A DNA stretch of 64,000 bases. It comes from Octopus sinensis (lineage: Eukaryota). Below, piece after piece: positions 12,268 through 21,738 of this stretch (positions are counted from its first letter, which is position 1; every line of letters begins with the position of its first letter). The notes below the pieces were generated by a model, which saw only the letters and a list, made by a program, of their open reading frames with translations, made no database searches and was not told the origin of the DNA. Both the position numbers and the translations under genes were made by a program. The DNA is taken from NCBI RefSeq assembly GCF_006345805.1, contig NC_043010.1, positions 25,792,001 through 25,856,000 of the forward strand. Reading direction: 5' to 3'.

Positions 12268-12722
12268 TTAATCACTCGATCTATCATTCTAATGTCAACA
12301 AGAGGAAAGTTGCTGAGATTTTTTAGAATATCTGCTAGAGTAGGATATGGGCTAATCATATGAATGGTCAATCAGAGGAAAGTGTCGTGGCCAGTGACGG
12401 ATGTAGTAGCAACAGGATAAACTGTTACAAAGGCAAAGAAAATGCACATAGAGAAAGGAAACTCCCAGAGACATCAAATTGCTGGACCAGGGAAGGGGAC
12501 CAGGAGCTAAACAATGGCAACAATAATCTTTGCTTTTCTTTTTGCCTCCAATGCTTTGTGAATGGATTTCTTTGAGAGAGACTGAAATAAGCCTGATACA
12601 CACACACACAGATAGGAAAGCCTTCCTTTTTCTGTTGAGGCATTATAGGCTATTTTTTTTAGTCATTGCACAGTGATTGCCATAAACTTTAAGCTTATAT
12701 AAAAATACCATATATATATATA

Positions 12723-13111
12723 AGGCATAGGAGTGACTGTGTGGTAAATAGCTTGCTTACCAACCACATGGTTCTGGGTTCAGTCCCACTGCGTGGCACC
12801 TTGGGCAAGTGTCTTCTACTATAGCCTTGGGCCGACCAAAGCCTTGTGAGTGGATTTGGTAGACGGAAACTGAAAGAAGCCTGTCGTATATATATATGTG
12901 TGTGTGTGTGTCTGTGTTTGTCCCCCCAACATCGCTTGACAACCAATGGTGGTGTGTTTACATCCCCGTAACTTAGCGGTTCGGCAAAAGAGACCAATAG
13001 AATAAGTACTAAGCTTACAGTGAATAAGTCCTGGGGTCGATTTGCTCAACTAAAGTTGGTGCTCCAGCATGGCCACAGTCAAATAACTGAAACAAGTAAA
13101 AGAGTAAAGAG
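12723..13111 (+). mobile_element. SINE family A, full-length
   Basis: Same architecture as 7411-7796. Confidence 0.88.
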
Positions 13112-13127
13112 TATATATATATATATT

Positions 13128-13560
13128 ATCATCATCGTCGTTTAACGTCCGTTCTCCATGCTAGCATGGGTTGGACGGTTCGACTGGGGATCTAGGAAGC
13201 CAGAAGGCTGCACCAGGCTCCAGTCTTATCTTGCAATGTTTCTACAGCTGGATGCCCTTCCTAACGCCAACCACTCCCTGAGTATAGTGGGTGCTTTTTA
13301 CGTGCCACCTGCACAGGTGCCAGGCGAGGCTGGCAACAGCCACGGTCGGATTGGTGCATATTACGTGCCACAGGCACGGAAGCCAGTCGAGGCAGCACTG
13401 GTATCGGCCACGATTCGGATGGTGCTTTTTACGTGCCACCGGCACGGAAGCCAGTCGAGGCGGCGCTGGCATTGGCCATGATTCGGATAGTGCTTTTTAC
13501 GTACCACCAGTCCAGGGATCCTGGCATCTGCATCTGCCGGGTGCCAGTCATAGGATTGGT
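13128..13560 (-). mobile_element. Family C element with internal ~62-68-bp tandem repeat (about 3.5 units, ~13281-13510)
   Basis: Units begin tgct(t)tttacgtgccac; (GAT)n tail on - strand. Confidence 0.8.
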
Positions 13561-13609
13561 TCAATTTCGATTTCAATATATATATATATATATATATATA
13601 TTAATAGTT

Positions 13610-13903
13610 ATCGCCAAGCTAATATGGCAGTCCAGAAATATAGGACGAATGCTGCCATTGATTAGCTCCAAGAGGCCATCGCCTCTAGCTAGCTATGTGA
13701 CACATGAACCTGTGTCCATTATAACCTTCAAATAGGGGAGGTTAACTGTTTCCCCTTGCTGGTCAGGCATCTGCAAACTAGTTTCAGGGTATTTGCCCCT
13801 TATCAATGTTCGTGTGTCACATAGCTAGATGCTATGGCCTCTTGGAGCTAATCAACGGCAGCATTCATTCTATATTTCTGGACTGCTATATTAGCTTGGC
13901 GAT
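13610..13903. mobile_element. Fold-back element with ~96-100-bp inverted arms and a degenerate minimal hammerhead on - strand (13773-13808)
   Basis: Arms 13610-13709 / 13808-13903; - strand ca-TTGATAA-GGGG-caaata-CCCT-GAAA-CTAG-TT-tg with palindrome AAACTAGTTT. Confidence 0.6.
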
Positions 13904-14105
13904 CATCATCATCATCGTTTAACGTCCGCTTTCCATGCTAGCACAGGTTAGACAAATGACTGAGAACTGGCGAACCAGATGGCTGCACCAGGCTCCAATC
14001 TTGATCTGGCAGAGTTTCTACAGCTGGATGCCCTTCCTAACGCCAACCACTCTGAGAATGTAGTGGGTTCTTTTACATGTCACCGACATGGGGCCTGTCA
14101 GGCGG
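13903..14105 (-). mobile_element. Family C copy
   Basis: catcatcatcgtttaacgtccgctttccatgctagc... Confidence 0.78.
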
Positions 14106-14677
14106 TAACTATTAATATCCAGTACCGCTACCGTAGTCTCCTTTAGAGAGACTTAGAAATATTAATATTAATATATTTATATATATATATACAGACACAC
14201 AAATATATATACAAAGTAGTATTATTACTGTAATTTACATTAATAATAAGGTGGCTAGCAAGTTCACACCATTACAGGCACAATATAAAGTAATTTAAGA
14301 TTAGGTAGGGTATAAATTGCTCCAAGAACCATCATGAAAATTTCGATAAAGATACATACGAGCAATGCAATGAACACTTCAGAAATAGGCTTACCTTTGC
14401 TTTGAATGCATCGATAAGTAATACATATTTCAATACCAATTGATTTCAGGCTTTGAATGACAAACATGCTTTGTGATCTTCAGTTGAAAACAACATTTAA
14501 CATCTATTCCTAAAATATTCACTACGTTAGCTCTTGTGCATTCCTAACTTTAAACATCCCGCTCCATTAAAAAGAAACTTTTGTAAACAAGAAAATTTAA
14601 ATAAAGTAGTATTATTACTGTAATTTACTGTAATAAGGTGGCTAGCATGTTCAGGCCTTTACATGCACAATATAAAG

Positions 14678-14800
14678 TAATTAAAGATTAGGTAGAGTGT
14701 AGAATACCACTTGCTAAAATCATAATTTTTATGGTGGTATTTGGAGCAATGGCTCTGATTTTAGCAAGCGGTATTATATACAGTACCTAATCTTAAATTA
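14678..14800. mobile_element. MITE-like hairpin with ~45-bp arms; related fragment at ~14213-14345
   Basis: taattaaagattaggta...ttgctaaaatca vs tgattttagcaa...tacctaatcttaaatta; ~100-bp direct repeat of the left flank at 14213 and 14603. Confidence 0.5.
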
Positions 14801-14815
14801 TTATATAATTATTAA

Positions 14816-14963
14816 AGAGGACAGCAAATATTAGGGAGGCAAAGCAAACATCTCAAGTCGTATACAATATTATTACTGGAAAAAAATTCTGTAATTAGAA
14901 AAAATATAATGACATTGTCTACGACTTGAGATGTTTGCCTTGCCTTAATGTTTATTGTCCTCT
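14816..14963. mobile_element. Kolobok-like MITE
   Basis: TTAA at 14812-14815 and 14964-14967, AG...CT termini, ~50-bp imperfect TIRs (gcaaacatctcaagtcgta core). Confidence 0.6.
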
Positions 14964-15135
14964 TTAACAATGATATATATCTGCTGCATCAGAAATCTGC
15001 AATGACTCCGTACCTACCGTCTCAGCTATAACCTTGCAGCCCTAGTAATCCATTACAGTACTTACCTATCGTACCTAATCATTTAGATCACTTGTGAATT
15101 AAACCCCCATACTTTGTGTGTGTGTATATATATAT

Positions 15136-15178
<43 letters not shown>

Positions 15179-15181
<3 letters not shown>

Positions 15182-15340
15182 AGAGTTTACGAAAAAAACA
15201 AAAGATGAAGACAGGTGGTGTACAAAACAAACAGATGTATTAGTAATTAGTATAACGCTCAGGAATAGAAAAAGTCTTTTACGTTTCGAGCCTATGCTCT
15301 TCTACAGAAAGGGACGCAGAAAAAACAAGGAGAGAAAAAT
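15179..15340 (-). mobile_element. Penelope-like pLTR/tail mini-element in (TA)n
   Basis: Carries hammerhead motif at 15276-15311; shares cctgagcgt motif with element at 15590; (TA)n on both sides. Confidence 0.6.
15276..15311 (-). ncRNA. Minimal type-I hammerhead ribozyme motif (variant core)
   Basis: CTTT-CTGTAGA-a-GAGC-atag-GCTC-GAAA-CG-TA-AAAG: 4-bp stem I, 4-bp stem II, palindromic ACGT stem III; core CTGTAGA deviates from CUGANGA. Confidence 0.55.
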
Positions 15341-15589
15341 ATATATATATATATAAAATTAATGTGGACAGCTATATGTATATATAATGTACCTTGTGTC
15401 CCTAATTATTGCTTGTGGGGCACAAGATATATAAATCAACCAAATTACTGTGCTGCCACAACATGAAATTATTATCATGTCATATTCAGATACTGTCTGT
15501 TTTAAAGGATATCTATGTCTCACTGGATGGAGTCCTTTTTTTTGTTGTCCCTACCTAAAAAGGAACAGTAAACAATATGACTTTGTGTG

Positions 15590-15812
15590 TATATGCGTAT
15601 GTGCATGTGTATATATGTGACCGCGTATGTATCATTGGCGATTTTTTCCCCTCTGTCTTCCCTTCTTTTGATCTTTCCTTTTTCTATGTTTCTGACGAAG
15701 AGCTCTGCTCGAAACGTTAAATCTTCCTTCTTCCCTTCCTTCCTGAGCGTCCAATAATACTTATACTTGTTCCACGTCCTCACGTTGTTGTGTTTTCATA
15801 TTTAGATTAACT
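15590..15812 (+). mobile_element. Penelope-like pLTR/tail mini-element; older copy on - strand at ~59150-59345
   Basis: Hammerhead at 15688-15722; ends in (TA)n. Confidence 0.6.
15688..15722 (+). ncRNA. Minimal type-I hammerhead ribozyme motif
   Basis: GTTT-CTGACGA-a-GAGC-tct-GCTC-GAAA-CG-TT-AAAT: canonical CUGANGA and GAAA, palindrome AACGTT. Confidence 0.7.
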
Positions 15813-15832
15813 TATATATATATATATATATA

Positions 15833-15978
15833 TGGTGTTAGGAAGGGCATCCAGCCGTAGAAACACTGCCAGATCAGACTGGGCCTGAAGCAGCCTTCTG
15901 GCTTCACAGACCCCAGTTGAACCGTCCAACCCATGCTAGCATGGAAAGCGGATGTTAATTGGTGATGATGATGATGAT
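15833..15978 (+). mobile_element. Family C 3' part
   Basis: ggtgttaggaagggcatccagc...ggatgttaattggtgatgatgatgat. Confidence 0.78.
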
Positions 15979-16386
15979 ATATATATATATATAATAGACT
16001 TTGCTGTACGGTACTGTTACTACATATTTCTTGCTCAGAGATTTAAAACTAGTGGTTTTTCTTTTTATGTATGTATGTAAGTATTTCATTATTCAGTTTT
16101 ATTTCAAGATTTTTTGCCAATAGAGAAAGAACTGGTTTCTAACCTAGATCGAAGACTCCTTCATTGGAATTTCAACATCAACAACAGGGTGTTTTTGTTT
16201 GTTTGTTTGTATGTATGTTTTGTATGTTTGTTTGTTTGTTTCAATGCAAACAAACTGTTTACAGTTCAATAACATATTCAATTCATTTTGACTGAATATT
16301 TTTTAATTTATTGTATGTTATTATTATTTTTTTTTTGTAATATACTATAGTTTTACTTATTTTTCTTCTTTTTTTTATATTTGAAG

Positions 16387-16594
16387 GGTTCAAATGCACA
16401 CCAGATCTTCTACAATATTGCCCACAGTACTATACCCAAGCTGCACAACAGGACTCCTCCCAGCAGCCACTTGACCTCAGCTCTAATGGTTGTAGTCTGG
16501 ACAATGTGCCCTCTCCAGGCAGTGCTTGGGAATTAGATTTAGTAACCAAACCACATGTCGAATTAAAGATACCACACATTACAATGCAGGCAGG
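16387..16594 (+). CDS. E93: E93/Mblk-1 internal coding exon with CtBP-binding PLDLS motif
   Basis: Long polypyrimidine tract + gAAG acceptor, GG|GTAAGC donor; frame (G)FKCTPDLLQYCPQYYTQAAQQDSSQQPLDLSSNG...HITMQAG; phase-2 end matches phase-2 start at 19959. Confidence 0.85.
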
Positions 16595-16860
16595 GTAAGC
16601 AATATATTTTGAAATATAAAAACTATAACTTTTATAACTACTGGAGTATCAGATCAAATACCTCATGGCAGTTGGTTACATTTTATGTCCTGAGTTCAAA
16701 TCCTACCCAGGTATATTTTGATTTCACCCTTCTGATCGCAATAAAATAGGTACTGGAGCAGGATTTTGTGTAACCAGTCAAAGAAATAAAAGAACTAAAA
16801 TTTACTCAGTCTTTTTTATATTTAGTAACTTTTTAGTATATACACTTGAATTTTGGATGA

Positions 16861-16892
<32 letters not shown>

Positions 16893-16910
16893 TAATAATA
16901 ACAACAATAA

Positions 16911-17250
16911 TGGTCGATTTAATTAACAACTATGAGGATTTAAATTAAACAACTACAACGATTTAAAATGGGAAATACGAAGGTTGGTGGTCAATGAAGA
17001 GAGTAGACATGATACCAATAGTAATTGGTGCACTTGGAAGTATCAGCACTCAACTACCAACATGGCTGAAAAAGATTGGTGCAAGTGTGAAGGTAGAACA
17101 CCTACAAAAATCAGCATTGCTTGGAACTGCAAGAATTCTTTACAGGATTCTTGAAACATGACCAGTAAAACAAGTGTCATCTTAGTCTGCTGGCTGTGGA
17201 CAGCTGACACTTTCCATCATACCCAGCAAAATAAGCTGTGAGTTTTAAGA
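16911..17250 (+). mobile_element. 5'-truncated R4/Dong-like (restriction-like endonuclease) non-LTR retrotransposon in (AAT)n
   Basis: YNDLKWEIRRL/WSMKRVDMIPIVIGALGSISTQLPTWLKKIGASVKVEHLQKSALLGTARILYRILET* (one frameshift, stop 17159-17161); (AAT)n on both sides. Confidence 0.75.
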
Positions 17251-17270
17251 TAATAATAATGATAATGATG

Positions 17271-17319
<49 letters not shown>

Positions 17320-17321
<2 letters not shown>

Positions 17322-17495
17322 GTTTCAGATTTGGTACAAGGCCAGCAATTTTGGGGTAGAGAGTAAGTCGTTTACATCAGCCCCAGTGGTCAACTGGTAC
17401 TTATCCAAAGGGATGAAAGATAAGGTTGATCTTGTCGGAATTTGAACTCAGAACATATCGATGGACAAAATATTAAGTGGGATTTTGTCCAACGT
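17320..17495 (-). mobile_element. SINE family B copy, tail-to-tail with the R4/Dong-like element
   Basis: Reverse complement of family B; shared (AAT)n tract 17250-17320. Confidence 0.72.
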
Positions 17496-17511
17496 GTCAT
17501 CTAACCCCCTC

Positions 17512-17542
<31 letters not shown>

Positions 17543-17957
17543 TTTACGTTATGAAAATTGAAAAACTTGAAGAGAATTGAAGTAAATCATTTTTTAATGG
17601 TGGAACCCAAAGTGAGGATCTGGCAGAGTTAACAGCTCATGTTGGATGACCACGTGCACATGGTAATGGGAGATGGGGATTGATTGAGAGTCTGCTCATT
17701 GGGTCGCCCAGGAGGGCCTGGGAACATAGACTGACAAATAATGAATAGAAGCAATGTGCAGCAACACCACATGTACCCCTTCCACACACACTCCTAACCT
17801 GACCTCAACACAAAACGAATATTGCTGTAAATAATAACATGTAGAATACTGGATTAAAAAGTCCCTTGGATGGCAAAAAAGTTGCAGATTGTCCTTAGGA
17901 CACAAACCCATATTTCCTGCAAACCTGATACATTTTCTATCATTATACCAAAACAAC

Positions 17958-18214
17958 GTGGAGGCACATGGCTTAGTGGTTAGGGTGTCTGCATCGTGAT
18001 CGTAAGATTGTGGTTTCGATTCCTGGACTGGGCGACGCATTGTGTTCTTGAGTAAAACACTTCATTTCACGTTGCTCCAGTCCACTTAGCTGGCAAAAAT
18101 GAGTAACGCTGCAATAGACTGGCGTCTCGTCCAGCTGGGGAACACATACGCCATTGAAACCGGGAAACCAGGCCCATGAACCTGGTTAGGCTTTAAAAGG
18201 GTGCATTTATTTTT
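17958..18214 (+). mobile_element. tRNA-derived SINE family D with perfect 16-bp target-site duplication
   Basis: A box tggcttagtgg, B box ggtttcgattcc; attataccaaaacaac at 17942-17957 and 18215-18230. Confidence 0.88.
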
Positions 18215-18419
18215 ATTATACCAAAACAACCCTTCAAAAAGTGGAATGATAAAACTTCTGTTATATTTACTGGATTTGTGAATTCAAGCCCGACGGACAG
18301 CCTTCAACTTTTTCTTGTCTAAGGGGTGCTTTAACCCAATACATTCAAAATACTTTTATTTATAGCTTTATCTACTTTTAAAGTCTTTCAAAGGGATCAA
18401 CACAGTAATTGTACTGACA

Positions 18420-18700
18420 AGTAATATTCACAGCCACTTTAACATGGCTGTCTGTTTGAACAGGCTTTACTGTGATTTCTTAACCCCGAGAGGACATCTC
18501 CTCTAGCTCATGCAGAGCTGCATGAAAGTGTATCTGGGCTTCCTGACGTGTCTTAAGAGGGGAACAAACCCCTAGGGGTTCGCTCCTCTGCTCGCAGTTA
18601 ATTGGATGCAGGTATGCATCTTTAACCAGCTAGGGGTTAAGAAATCACAGCAAAGCTCATTCAAATAGAAAGCCACTTTGAAGCGGCTCTGAATATTACT
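18420..18700. repeat. Fold-back element: ~68-bp terminal inverted arms enclosing several internal hairpins
   Basis: agtaatattc...gatttcttaacccc / ggggttaagaaatc...gaatattact; internal aacccctaggggtt, gatgca-ggta-tgcatc, catgcag-ag-ctgcatg, agagga-catc-tcctct. Confidence 0.75.
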
Positions 18701-19267
18701 TTATCTACTTTGAGCCTCACCAACAGTTCTCGCCCATCAGCAGTATAAACAAGAGTGCTTTTATGCACCACACATCCATATGAGAGGTTCTCTCATGGTA
18801 AATAAGACAGCATTCTGTGGTCTAACACAACATCCACTTTTAAGTGGGAGATAAATATTACATATTGGTATTAATACTACCTTTGTCACTATTAACCATT
18901 CCTTTATAATCCCACTGGCCATTTGGGATACCATTGTCTGAATAAACACTGATTCTATATATCACTGATGGTGGGGAATCAGCTACTATGTCTAGCTGGA
19001 TATCTGTCACTGCTAAGACCAAGAAAGGCTGAAATCATATGGTCTAGTAGTTCCAACAACTGTAATTATTTTTTAACAGTACTGAGTTTATTGTGTTTGG
19101 GTGCACTAAAACTCATCAGAGAAAGGGTGAAAAAAGGGGCAGAACAGAGATGTCCAGCAATAAGTCAAGTAAAGAAAGGTAGCAATGAAAGTCAAAAAGT
19201 GCATGCACAGTAAACAGGATAAAACACTGTTGTAGCATAGTTTGATCCAGTAGCTGTTGAATACATT

Positions 19268-19853
19268 TTGCTTCCTAATCCCAAGGTTCCAGGTTCAGTC
19301 CCACTGTGTGGAACCTTGAGAAAGTGTCTTCCACTATAGCTTCAGGCTGACCAATGCCTTGTGAGTGGACTTGGTAGATGGAAACTGAAAGAAGCTTGCT
19401 GTGTGTGTGTCTGTCTGTCTGTTTGTGTCTGTTTGTCCACCAAAACCACTTGACAACGTGTGTTGTTGTGGTTACATCCCTGTAACTTAGCAGTTCAGCA
19501 AAAGAGACCAATAGAATAAGTACCAGGCTTTAACCCTTTCGTTACTGTATTTATTTTGAGATGCTCTGTGTTTCTTTCAATTACTTCAAATACAACAAAG
19601 GATTTTATAAAATAACTTAATTATCATTCAGCTAGCGTCAGGAACATAAATTGTGACTAAAAGGTCTGGTGGAAGATTTTAATTCAAAACTTATGAAAGC
19701 AAAACATTTGTACTCAGAGCCAGAGCTGGTTTCAGCCTGGTTGGTAATGAATGGGTTAAAACAAATAAGTATTGGGGTCGATTCATTTGACTAAAATTCT
19801 TCAAAGCAGTGCCCCAGCATGGCCACAGTCTAATGGCTGAAACAAATAAAAGA
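19268..19853 (+). mobile_element. SINE family A interrupted by a piggyBac MITE
   Basis: SINE sequence resumes after TTAA at 19756-19759. Confidence 0.8.
19534..19755. mobile_element. 222-bp piggyBac-family MITE
   Basis: TTAA at 19530-19533 and 19756-19759; CCCTTTCGTTAC / GTAATGAATGGG, same TIR as 11203-12267. Confidence 0.85.
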
Positions 19854-19958
19854 AGTTAATAGTTTTAAAAGTATTTGCTGTATAATTTCATACAAATTAT
19901 AGATATTTAAGATGTAGTCTTTATGGCCAATAATGCCTTGTTTATTCGTATATTTCAG

Positions 19959-20166
19959 GAAATGCAAAAAGGACAGTCACCTTCAGAATGGAAAGAAAGC
20001 TTATACAGAAGAGGAATTGGTGAACGCAGTCTTTGAAATCCGCAGTGGAAAACTTGGTACACGCAGAGCTGCTGTGCTCTATGGCATTCCACGTTCTACT
20101 CTTCGTAATAAAATTTTCAAAATGGAAACAGAACAACAGCAAAAACATCAGCAGCAACAACAGCAA

Positions 20167-20197
<31 letters not shown>

Positions 20198-20267
20198 AAC
20201 AGTCAGGTGTATTAAACATGGAACTTGAATGCAGTGAAGATAGTCAGCATTCTGAGAGTGCAAATAC

Positions 20268-20321
<54 letters not shown>

Positions 20322-21682
20322 TAATAATAATAATAATAATAGTAATAATAACAGTGTGCAACGTATGTCTACTATGTCAACATCATCATCAACAGCGACA
20401 ATAGCAGCAACTCCCATTCCAACAGATCCCAACCGTTTGTCTCCTTATAGTTTGTTGCTCCCTCCTGTGGTGATGAACAGCCTTTCGAATTCACGTGACT
20501 TTCTGCTACACTCCGAAGATGACTGGGAAAAGAAGCTTGATCAGATCCGACGTAAGCACAACCTTAATGGCGCCTCAGCAGATGTAAAATATGAGAAACT
20601 GCCTTCTCTAGTTGGTACTACAAATAACCATATTAATAATATTAACCCTAATACCACTACTAATATTACAACTACTACTACTCCTCCTACTACTACTGCT
20701 ACTAATAATAATAATAGTAATAATAATAATAATAACAATGATAATAGTGCACTGAACACTGATTTCAAATTGCCTCTGTTGCATGAACTGGTGCGTAAAA
20801 TGACCGAGCAGCGTCTCCTTAGTGAGCATAAATCCTCAAACACAAAGTCACCAGTTGCCTTAGAAATTCTTCGTCAACCACATGAGGCAAACCGCCATCA
20901 TCAGCGACAGCAGCGGCAACAGCAGTCCATGAGTAACTGCTCCAGCACCCAAACTGTGGAACCGAATCCCAGTTACAGACTTATGTCCTTGAAAATTCCG
21001 TCCTACCGGCCTGCAAAAACACAAAACAACAACAATAACCATAACAACAACAACAGCAACACAGACAGTACTGGTGGAGTTGAGGAACGGCCTTATGACA
21101 GCATGAAGATCGGTGATGCCCTCAAAGACATCATTGTGAAAACTATTTCAGAAAAGGTTTACAAGCGTAAGCATCAAGGGGATAGCTTCAGTAGCACACA
21201 GGATGAGAACCATCCTGGTAACAACAACAGCAACAACAATAACAGCAACTGCAAGACATATTCTTCATCAGGATCCAATGTTTCTTCTATGGTAGCCAGC
21301 AAGAAAATGAAGAGATCTGTGAGCCTAGATAAAAAAGCAACAGAAAGTGCTATTGACAATTCCAAACCTGTGAAAAAAACCCGCCCCAAGCGTGGCCAAT
21401 ATCGCAAATACAACAGTCAACTGTTAATGGAAGCCGTACGTGCTGTTCAGCGTGGAGAAATGAGTGTGCATCGTGCAGGCAGCTACTATGGTGTGCCACA
21501 CTCTACATTGGAGTATAAGGTTAAAGAGAGGCATCTACTGCGACAGAAGAAAATCAAAGAATCTCAATTACAAAACGAAGCTAACAACAACAACAACACA
21601 GCAACAACAACAACAACAGTCAGGTGTATTAAACATGGAACTTGAATGCAGTGAAGATAGTCAGCATTCTGAGAGTGCAAAT

Positions 21683-21738
<56 letters not shown>

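Larger units (their letters stand above)
11114..12375. mobile_element. Fold-back MITE (arms 11114-11186 and 12301-12375) with the piggyBac element inserted in its loop
   Basis: ~73-bp imperfect inverted arms; direct repeat (ag)aggaaag at 11105-11113 and 12374-12382 (7-9-bp TSD). Confidence 0.65.

Noticed and set aside
12360-12575. 71-aa ORF MNGQSEES... as a possible E93 exon
   Set aside because: Begins inside an inverted-repeat element arm, no convincing splice sites, no motif.
13158-13735. Overlapping 100-124-aa ORFs
   Set aside because: Fall in GC-rich family C tandem units and the fold-back element; open by composition only.
19933-19958. ATG at 19933 as the E93 start codon
   Set aside because: Lies in the intron upstream of acceptor AG 19957-19958; the upstream exon is phase-compatible.
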